This document shows, in pieces, positions 1-7,259 of a stretch of DNA of 35,491 bases. The translations under genes were made by a program, and so were the position numbers. The stretch lies in IMG/VR virus record IMGVR_UViG_3300027704_000067, positions 1 through 35,491 of that record; one strand, 5' to 3'. Source of the DNA: a virus (taxonomy: Duplodnaviria; Caudoviricetes). Numbering within the stretch: the stretch's first letter is position 1; each line of letters opens with the position of its first letter. A model generated the notes under the pieces. The model was not told the origin of the DNA. It made no database searches and saw only the letters and a program-made list of their open reading frames with translations.

Positions 1-469
1 GTCAGATATGAGATTTACATGACATCCGGCACTCTATCGGTGAGGACTGTATGACTGAGCTAGAACGCTGCAAACCTTGGATCGAGGCGGCGCTTGAATA
101 TAGCGGCGGCACGCACCTGTTTGAGGATGTTGAGGCGGGCTTGACCAAGGGCACGTTGCAGCTTTGGCCAGCGCCGCATGGGTGTATCGTCACTGAAATC
201 GTGATCTTTCCACGTAAGCGGGTTGTGAATGTATTTTTGGGCGGCGGCGAGCTTGAGCAGATTATGAAAATGCACAGCGACGTGATAGACTGGGCTAAAT
301 CGCAAAACTGCGTGGCCCTTACAATGCATGGCCGCATGGGCTGGAATAAACCATTAGGCAAACATGGCTGGAAACGCCAATTTGCCTCATACATAAAGGA
401 TTTTGAATAATGTCAGGCGGAAAAGGTGGATCAGACACAACGTCTGTAGCAATACCAGAATACATTGAG
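1..469. repeat. Terminal direct repeat, left copy (pairs with 35023-35491)
   Basis: Offset 35,022 bp. First 116 bp identical, then about 33 substitutions by manual alignment, mostly at third codon positions. Confidence 0.95.
51..410 (+). CDS. Conserved phage protein, probable GNAT-fold acyltransferase (T7 gp13-like position, between nozzle and ejection genes)
   Basis: 119 aa ORF with FLGGG, WAKxxxC and GRxGWxKxL motifs. Stop overlaps the next start (TAATG). The second copy differs mostly synonymously, so it is a real gene. The fold is inferred. Confidence 0.65.
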   Translation: MTELERCKPWIEAALEYSGGTHLFEDVEAGLTKGTLQLWPAPHGCIVTEIVIFPRKRVVNVFLGGGELEQIMKMHSDVIDWAKSQNCVALTMHGRMGWNKPLGKHGWKRQFASYIKDFE

Positions 470-1858
470 CGGGCTGCGCAGCGGAACCTAAACAAAGCTG
501 AAAGTATTTCTCAGCTTGGTTACGTTCCACAGTACGGCCCAGACGTTGCAGCGTTTACACCAAACCAGCAGGCTGCGTTTCAAAACACGTCAGACGCGGC
601 TAGTGCGTTTGGCATGGCAACGCCGACTAGCCATCGGGGTATAATGGGCGGCATGGACGCGCCAACTGAATACGCCAACGGCGTGTCCGGCTATTCATCT
701 CAGCCGATATTCCAACAGTCAGTAGACCAGTTGCAGGCAGAGCGTCCCGGCCAGTTCGATCACATGAATAGCTTCTTTATCGACCCATTTACCGGTCAGT
801 CTGGCAGCAATATGAGCGCGCCGGTCAATTACGAGAATTACAACACCTCCGCGCAAAACAGCCGAGACCAAGCTCAAGCTCAGCGAGAACAGGCTGACAT
901 GCAGCGCGGCAACGATTTGGCAATAGCTCAAGCACGAGCAAGTGCTGGGCCAAGCTCGGTGTATTACAACAACGAAAACACAGTTATGAACACCACTGGC
1001 GTAGGCGGCGGCGCTTCTGCTGGCGGTGGCAATGCCGCATCGTTTGAGGAACCTTCCTCGACAGGCTCTTATGGCGGGTCTTTAATGACTGGCGAGCCTA
1101 GCCCGTCGAGTAGCACTTTCTTTGACTCGGTAAATAATGGCCCAAGAAATGAGTTTGGGGTTAGTTCTCCTGCTGTTAATTTTCCAAACTTTGACCCAGT
1201 CGCGTTTAACTCTGATTACGGTTCTGGACCCGCCCCAACAGGCAACACAACGCCGCCACCATCCAATGTCGGGTACACTGGACTTGGTGATAGGTTAAAC
1301 GGCGGCGGGGCGGGCTTGTCGGGAGGCACTTACAGCGGCGGCGGCGCTATGTCTGACCTTGGAAACAGCCTGACTACTTCGGTTGACCTTCCGGGCAACG
1401 TGGCATCCCGCACGCTAGGCATCGGCGCAGGCGCGGCAAACAACGCCAACGATAGCGGTTTTGAGGGCGCGGACGGCGGCGGCGAGGGCGGAGACGGCAC
1501 AGTTATCTGCACATCAATGCACACGTTGGGCCTAATCTCTGACGAGGTTTACAAGCTAGACGCAGAATTCGGTGAAAGAATTAACGAGGCTGACCCGTCT
1601 CTTCTTGCTGGATACCGCCAATGGGCAACCCCATTAGCGGATTACATTTTGGGTGACAGCATCGGATCGAAACTAGCTCTTTCAATTATCACCCCCTTGG
1701 CAACGTCATGGGCGGCTCAAATGGCTCACGTTATGCGACCAGACAAATACAAGCCTAATCTCTTAGGTAAGGTCGTGATGCTTGTCGGGCATCCTACTTG
1801 CAGGCTAGTGGGCTATATGTCTTTTGGCAGCATCAATTCAATTAAGAAGGGCGCATAA
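410..1858 (+). CDS. Internal virion/DNA ejection protein with MSGGKGG N-terminus and CFI-box-CTERM-like C-terminal domain
   Basis: 482 aa, G/S/N/Q-rich. IPEYIE..GPDVAAFTPNQQAAF N-terminal region typical of podophage DNA-transfer proteins. Gly-rich linker, then VICT..GY..WATPLAD..ITPL domain. Confidence 0.7.
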   Translation: MSGGKGGSDTTSVAIPEYIERAAQRNLNKAESISQLGYVPQYGPDVAAFTPNQQAAFQNTSDAASAFGMATPTSHRGIMGGMDAPTEYANGVSGYSSQPIFQQSVDQLQAERPGQFDHMNSFFIDPFTGQSGSNMSAPVNYENYNTSAQNSRDQAQAQREQADMQRGNDLAIAQARASAGPSSVYYNNENTVMNTTGVGGGASAGGGNAASFEEPSSTGSYGGSLMTGEPSPSSSTFFDSVNNGPRNEFGVSSPAVNFPNFDPVAFNSDYGSGPAPTGNTTPPPSNVGYTGLGDRLNGGGAGLSGGTYSGGGAMSDLGNSLTTSVDLPGNVASRTLGIGAGAANNANDSGFEGADGGGEGGDGTVICTSMHTLGLISDEVYKLDAEFGERINEADPSLLAGYRQWATPLADYILGDSIGSKLALSIITPLATSWAAQMAHVMRPDKYKPNLLGKVVMLVGHPTCRLVGYMSFGSINSIKKGA

Positions 1859-1859
1859 T

Positions 1860-3590
1860 ATGGCTGGTTCGGGATCAGGAAGCATGGGCGGCATGACTGG
1901 GCAACAATCTGCTCCCTCGTCAGAAATACAAGGGCGGCGAATGGGTCCGACAAACGGCCAGTTTGCTCCGCTTGCGCCGCGAGGCAGCTTCAACGTCAAT
2001 AACGCGGCGGCGGGCGGCTTGCAGCAGGCGATGCAGGGCACGCAGGCGGCGGGCATGTACTCACCGCAGCAAGTAAACCCGACTGGCTACAATGCGGCTA
2101 ACGTCGGGTCTCAGGGATACAATGCGGCCAACGTCGGGTCTCAGGGATACAATGCGGCCAACGTCGGGTCTCAGGGATACAATGCGGCCAACGTCGGGTC
2201 TCAGGGATACAATGCGGCGACGGTTGGCGGGCAGAATGTTGCGGCTCAAAACGTGCAGGCTGGCCAATTATCTGGTGCAAACCTTTCTCAATACACCAAC
2301 CCATTTGAGGACCAAGTTGTTCAGCAGTCTCTGGACGACTTGGATCGCAGCCGCATGATGGCCCAAAATAAAGTTGGCGCTCAAGCCGGATCGGCGGGCG
2401 CGTTCGGTGGGTCACGTCACGGCATTGCAGAGGCAGAGACTAATCGTGGCTTTGCCGATCAAGCAGCACGCACGGCATCTGGCCTTCGTCAAACAGGGTT
2501 CCAGAACGCTCAGAACATGGCTGGTCAAGACATCAGTATGCGGATGCAGGGGGACTTAGCAAACCAAGGTGCAAACCTTCAAGCTGACACGACAAGTGCG
2601 CAATTCGTCCAGCAGGCCAAGATGCAGAATCAAGCGTCACGAAACCAAGCGAACCAGTTTGGCGCGGCGGCGGGTAATCAGGCTAACATGGCCAACTTTA
2701 ATGCTCAAAACCAAGCGAACCAGTTTGGCGCGGCGGCGGGTAATCAGGCTAACATGGCCAACTTTAATGCTCAGAACCAAGCTAACCAGTTTGGCGCAAG
2801 TGCTGGTAATCAGGCTAACATGGCCAACTTTAATGCTCAGAACCAAGCTAACCAGTTTGGCGCGGCGGCGGGTAATCAGGCTAACATGGCCAACTTTAAT
2901 GCTCAGAACCAAGCTAACCAGTTTGGCGCAAGTGCTGGAAATCAGGCCAGAGCGTACAATCAGGCCGCGCAAAATCAAGCGGGTCAGTACAACGCAGGAA
3001 ATCGAATGCAGGCGCAATCGTACAATCAAAACGCTGGGTTGCAGGCGAACCAGCAACGGCTTGGTGCGGCATCCCAGATGGGCGGACTTGGCAATCAAGC
3101 ATTTAACACTGGCCAAACACTACAGCAAAATCAAAGGCAGCAGGGTCTTATGCAGCAAGGTTTGCAGCAGTCTTTGATTGATGCAGCACAGCGTCAATTT
3201 CAGGGATACGCCAATGCGCCGCTGCAGTCATTGGGAGCGCCATTGACCGCGTTGGGTTCCGTTCCAGACGCCGGCGGTTCAACCACGACTGAGCAGAACA
3301 ATCCTGGCTTGTTTGATTACCTTGGGGTGGCTGGAACTATGGGTGCTTTTTCCGACAGCCGACTAAAAACCGACGTTGAGAGCATCGGCAGTCACGGCGG
3401 CGTAAACTTTTATAAGTGGGCTTGGAATAGTTTGGGGCGTAGTGTTGTGGATATGTCACAGCCTACGGTTGGAGTTATGGCCGACGAGTTGCAAGAGACA
3501 CATCCGCACTTGGTTATGCGCTTTGACGACGGGTTCCTGCGCGTAAACTATCGCGGGCTTTCTGATGAGCTTATGGGCGCGGGGGCTTAA
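1860..3590 (+). CDS. DNA ejection/pilot-like protein with Q/N-rich tandem repeats and C-terminal peptidase S74 (intramolecular chaperone) domain
   Basis: ATG at 1860 directly after the upstream stop. YTNPF..GAFGGSR motifs of podophage ejection proteins. SDSRLKTDV..GVMADEL..P..V..GFLRVNY S74 signature from 3351. Confidence 0.8.
   Translation: MAGSGSGSMGGMTGQQSAPSSEIQGRRMGPTNGQFAPLAPRGSFNVNNAAAGGLQQAMQGTQAAGMYSPQQVNPTGYNAANVGSQGYNAANVGSQGYNAANVGSQGYNAANVGSQGYNAATVGGQNVAAQNVQAGQLSGANLSQYTNPFEDQVVQQSLDDLDRSRMMAQNKVGAQAGSAGAFGGSRHGIAEAETNRGFADQAARTASGLRQTGFQNAQNMAGQDISMRMQGDLANQGANLQADTTSAQFVQQAKMQNQASRNQANQFGAAAGNQANMANFNAQNQANQFGAAAGNQANMANFNAQNQANQFGASAGNQANMANFNAQNQANQFGAAAGNQANMANFNAQNQANQFGASAGNQARAYNQAAQNQAGQYNAGNRMQAQSYNQNAGLQANQQRLGAASQMGGLGNQAFNTGQTLQQNQRQQGLMQQGLQQSLIDAAQRQFQGYANAPLQSLGAPLTALGSVPDAGGSTTTEQNNPGLFDYLGVAGTMGAFSDSRLKTDVESIGSHGGVNFYKWAWNSLGRSVVDMSQPTVGVMADELQETHPHLVMRFDDGFLRVNYRGLSDELMGAGA
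2085..2234 (+). repeat. 30-bp coding tandem repeat (GYNAANVGSQ), about 5 copies
   Basis: ggatacaatgcggccaacgtcgggtctcag repeated near-perfectly; the last copy is degenerate. Confidence 0.95.
2643..2948 (+). repeat. 66-bp coding tandem repeat (NQANQFGA[A/S]AGNQANMANFNAQ), about 4.6 copies
   Basis: Units start at 2643, 2709, 2775, 2841 and 2907. Two variants occur in the order A,A,B,A,B. Confidence 0.95.
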
Positions 3591-3593
3591 ACT

Positions 3594-5234
3594 ATGGGCA
3601 TGAATGACCGCGACCTCCTTGCCAAAACCTTAATGGCCGAGGCTGGCAATCAGGGTATCAGCGGAATGATGGACGTTGGTTCGGTCCTTATGAACCGCGT
3701 AAACGCATCTGGGTACGGCAACGGCATTCGCGGCGTGATTATGAAGCCCGGACAGGTTTCTGCATGGAATAGCAAAACTGGACACGCTGGCGGTGAGCAA
3801 GGTCAAGACGTAAACGCCATGCGGCCCAGCGCGGAAATTTATCAAGCGGCTGACGCGCTACTGTCTGGCAACTATCAGGACCAGACAGGCGGCGCGACAC
3901 ACTACTACAACGACAAATATTCGCAACCTAGCTGGGGTAAGCGGGCAGGCGGGGATTGGCAGCGTCGAGGAGATCACCTGTTTGGCTTTGGAAACGAGAA
4001 AAACAGGTCCAGCGTTGCGGCGGACGCCATGCAGGTGCTTGGCAAGACCTTGCCACAAACAGCAAATAGTGGTATTCTTGCCACACCACAGGAAAGGCCG
4101 GAACCAATGCAACAGCCACGCGGACTTCTAGGCTCACTCGGCCTCCAAAAGATGCAGGACGGCGCAGAGGGCGAAACTGGCCAGCGGTTCTTTCAGCGTG
4201 ATAGCTTCAAGGATGCGTCGGCTAAATTTGGGCAGGCGTTCGCGGCATTGGGTAGCAATCCGGGCGTTCAGAAAATGGCCAACGAAGTGGCAGGCCAGCG
4301 CACAGAATTAAAGGCACGCAACAAAACAACTGAATACCTACGCGCAAACGGTCTGGGCGACATGGCTGACATGGTTGAGGCTGGTGAAATGTCGGCTGGC
4401 GCTGTTATGTCCCAGATCGTCAAGCAGAGATTGGGTGGAGGGCCTGATGACCCAACCGACGTTCGGTCCCTTCGCATGAAGGCAGAAATGGCGGGCCTTG
4501 TTCCGGGGACTAAAGAATATCAGGACTTTGTGATAAATGGCGGCGGCGCGCCATCTAACTTTAGAGCTTTGGATATGCAAGCGGTGGCGTCAGGATACAA
4601 GCGCGGGACGCCAGAATATCAAGAGTTCATGGCAACGCGCGGATCAGGACTGCAGGAAGGTGCCGTATTGGCCGCCAGAACTGATGGTGCTGGGTCAGCC
4701 GAGGCTGCCAAGGTTGGCGGCAAGATGACAGCGGAACGTGCATTTGAAGCATATGACCAAGCGGCAGGCGTAAGCAAGTCAATGGGGTCAATAAGTGAGG
4801 CCATTGCTGCCATTGATAGCGGAGCAGAAAGCGGCTTTTTCCAAAAGTACATCCCAAACATTACGGAGGCCTCCGCGTCCCTAGAGGTGGCGATGAACAA
4901 AATGGGATTAGACGTAATTTCTTCGGTCACATTTGGCGCACTCTCTGAAAAGGAAATGTCAGTAGCGATGGCTACCGCCGTTCCGCAAGACTTGCGGCCC
5001 GGACCTCTGCGGGCTTGGCTTGTGGATAAACTCAACGCACAGACCAAGGCGCGCGAGGCGCTTATGAGTGCAGCACGTTACCTATCACAACCGGGCAACA
5101 CTATCGGCGGCTGGATGGACGAGCAAGAAAAGAGTGGCGGCGGAATAAAAACCCAAACCCTGCCTCCATCAGGCGTGACTGACGAGGCAAGGGTGGACGC
5201 CCTTAAACTTTTGAACTTAGGGGGAAAAGACTAG
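3594..5234 (+). CDS. Ejection protein with N-terminal SleB-like (Hydrolase_2) cell-wall hydrolase domain
   Basis: LAKTLMAEAGNQG..VGSVLMNRV..GQVSAWN..TGGATHYYN..PSW..GDHLF matches the SleB catalytic domain; the rest is helical. Confidence 0.85.
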   Translation: MGMNDRDLLAKTLMAEAGNQGISGMMDVGSVLMNRVNASGYGNGIRGVIMKPGQVSAWNSKTGHAGGEQGQDVNAMRPSAEIYQAADALLSGNYQDQTGGATHYYNDKYSQPSWGKRAGGDWQRRGDHLFGFGNEKNRSSVAADAMQVLGKTLPQTANSGILATPQERPEPMQQPRGLLGSLGLQKMQDGAEGETGQRFFQRDSFKDASAKFGQAFAALGSNPGVQKMANEVAGQRTELKARNKTTEYLRANGLGDMADMVEAGEMSAGAVMSQIVKQRLGGGPDDPTDVRSLRMKAEMAGLVPGTKEYQDFVINGGGAPSNFRALDMQAVASGYKRGTPEYQEFMATRGSGLQEGAVLAARTDGAGSAEAAKVGGKMTAERAFEAYDQAAGVSKSMGSISEAIAAIDSGAESGFFQKYIPNITEASASLEVAMNKMGLDVISSVTFGALSEKEMSVAMATAVPQDLRPGPLRAWLVDKLNAQTKAREALMSAARYLSQPGNTIGGWMDEQEKSGGGIKTQTLPPSGVTDEARVDALKLLNLGGKD

Positions 5235-7199
5235 ATGGCCGATGACCGCATGACCTTTGGCGAAAGCAAGCAGATACTAGACGCCATTTCTACCCTTGAA
5301 AAACTAGAAGCGTCTGGAGAAATTCGCGAGGCAGAGCAGAAGGCGCTTGATAACTTTCGAGGTAAAAAGCGTTCGGCAACCCAGTCCAAGGCAGACACGG
5401 TTGCGACATATCGCGGAGTTCAGGCTGACGGTTCTTTCGGGCTGGCTGACGAAATCAACGGCGCAAGGAAGGCGGCGGGCGACTTCATGCGTAACGGAAA
5501 CTTGGCGGGGGCCAAGGCCGCATATGCTAAGTACAGGGATTTGACGCGTGAGAAGGATATGGCGGCGCAGCTTCTAGCACCTGACGCTTTTGACAGGGGG
5601 AAGAAGACAGGCGCAGTACTCAGTGCTTTAACGCCAGCAGGCGTAGCAACAAAGGGTATGCAGGGTATGTCTATGCTGGGTAAGATGGCGGTCGGTGGCA
5701 TAACGGGCGCGGCCACTACGGCGCTGCCTGAATTTGCAGAGGGTGAGGGCGGATTCCAGCGCCGTATTGCGAACGTCTCCCCTGTTGGCGTTGCTATCGG
5801 TGCGGGGCTTGGCGGGCTTGCTCCGGCAGCGGGCGCGGCGGTAGGCGGTACGGTTCGAGCGGCGCAGAATATGCGGCGCGGCGTGGAGGGGTTCGGCGCG
5901 TCTGCATCTAATCGGGTCGCAAACTCAATGGGTAAGGCGCAGCGTTCGGGGCAAGACATTCAAGCGTATCTTGACAGCATTGGTCCAGAGGGCATGATTG
6001 CCGACGTTCAGGGTGCCCCGCAAAAGCTGGCCCAAGGTTTAGCTTCAATGTCTGGCGAGGGTAGTGATGCGCTGCAACGCTCAATTCGTGGGCGTGCCGA
6101 GGACGCTGGAGCTCGTATCGACCAAACAGTGACGCAGCGGATAGATGAGCCAGAAGCGGCCTATCAAGCGAGGGTTGACCTTGCCACCGAACGATCCACC
6201 GTTTTCGGGCCGATGTACGACGCGGCCACGTCTAGCAAAATGACATTTGATGTGACCAACATACGCGACCAAGTGAAGTCTGTAGGCGTAGATGCAGCAT
6301 CGACGGTCAGCAAGAAGCTGAAAACCGTGATGAAAGATTTGACCGAAGATGGCGCAATATCAGCAAAGCGTCTGCACAACTCCAGATCGGCCTTGAGCGA
6401 CGCCATCTTTAAGGCTGGGATCAAAGGGGATGGGGCCGTTGTCGCAAACATGCGACCTATCCTTTTGGAAATGGATCAAATGTTGGATCAAATACCTGAC
6501 TACGCCACGGCACGGGTCGGCTATGCTAACAACAAGGGTATGGAGCGAGCCGTCGATCAGGGGCGCAAGGCGTTTACTGGATCGGCAGCAACAGCAATGT
6601 CACCAAAAGTATTGAGTGACGCTCTTGGCAAAATGTCACCAGCACAACGTGACGCCTACAAAAAAGGCGCGCGAGAGTACATTTCGGCCCTCATGGGAAC
6701 ATCTAGCAATGACGCAGCAGCGGCATGGCGTGAGTTTGGCAAGAATTGGAACGCTGAAAAGCTGCGTCTAGTTGTTGGCGAGGATGACGCCCAAGAAATC
6801 ACGCGCAGGCTAATGGCTGAAAAGGATTTTTCCGCTACGCGCGGCGCTGTGGTCGAGGGTTCGCAGACCTCGCAGAGATCGGAGGCCCGCGAGGCACTTT
6901 CTGACATACGCGACCCTGAAAGCGGCAATGCACCTTCACCTGTTAGCCGTATTCGTCAGGGCATTGAGGCACCAATTAACGCTGTTATCGACAACATACT
7001 TTTTGGCCCGCGTCGAGGCACGGTCAACCGCGAGATTGGGCAGCTACTATCACTGCAAGGCGATGCGCGAAACCGTGCTGTCACGGCGCTACTTGCGGAG
7101 GCTAAGACGCTAAACGACCCCACAAGGTTGCAGCAGATAGTGGAAGCAGTGGCAACGGCATCCGGCCTAACTTATGCGCAGACGGTAGACGTTCAATAA
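5235..7199 (+). CDS. Large internal virion (ejection) protein
   Basis: 654 aa Ala/Gly-rich helical protein with SFGLADEI motif and a hydrophobic Gly-rich segment; last gene of the ejection cluster. Confidence 0.7.
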   Translation: MADDRMTFGESKQILDAISTLEKLEASGEIREAEQKALDNFRGKKRSATQSKADTVATYRGVQADGSFGLADEINGARKAAGDFMRNGNLAGAKAAYAKYRDLTREKDMAAQLLAPDAFDRGKKTGAVLSALTPAGVATKGMQGMSMLGKMAVGGITGAATTALPEFAEGEGGFQRRIANVSPVGVAIGAGLGGLAPAAGAAVGGTVRAAQNMRRGVEGFGASASNRVANSMGKAQRSGQDIQAYLDSIGPEGMIADVQGAPQKLAQGLASMSGEGSDALQRSIRGRAEDAGARIDQTVTQRIDEPEAAYQARVDLATERSTVFGPMYDAATSSKMTFDVTNIRDQVKSVGVDAASTVSKKLKTVMKDLTEDGAISAKRLHNSRSALSDAIFKAGIKGDGAVVANMRPILLEMDQMLDQIPDYATARVGYANNKGMERAVDQGRKAFTGSAATAMSPKVLSDALGKMSPAQRDAYKKGAREYISALMGTSSNDAAAAWREFGKNWNAEKLRLVVGEDDAQEITRRLMAEKDFSATRGAVVEGSQTSQRSEAREALSDIRDPESGNAPSPVSRIRQGIEAPINAVIDNILFGPRRGTVNREIGQLLSLQGDARNRAVTALLAEAKTLNDPTRLQQIVEAVATASGLTYAQTVDVQ

Positions 7200-7207
7200 G
7201 CGACATC

Positions 7208-7235
7208 TTTACAACAGTGCTGCAAAAATGATACT
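7208..7235 (+). promoter_or_regulatory. Possible sigma70 promoter upstream of portal
   Basis: TTTACA-N16-GATACT in the intergenic gap. Confidence 0.3.
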
Positions 7236-7259
7236 GTGGCAGAAATACAAGGATCGACG

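Noticed and set aside
1-469. Diverged repeat pair as a diversity-generating retroelement TR/VR
   Set aside because: Differences are mostly synonymous C/T changes rather than adenine-specific, and no reverse transcriptase gene is present.
2085-2948. Tandem repeats as a CRISPR array
   Set aside because: No unique spacers, unit lengths are multiples of 3 inside an ORF, and no cas genes are present.
2569-3177. 202-aa alternative-frame ORF
   Set aside because: Stays open because the repeat unit lacks stops; it has no independent features, unlike the MTase beta frame.
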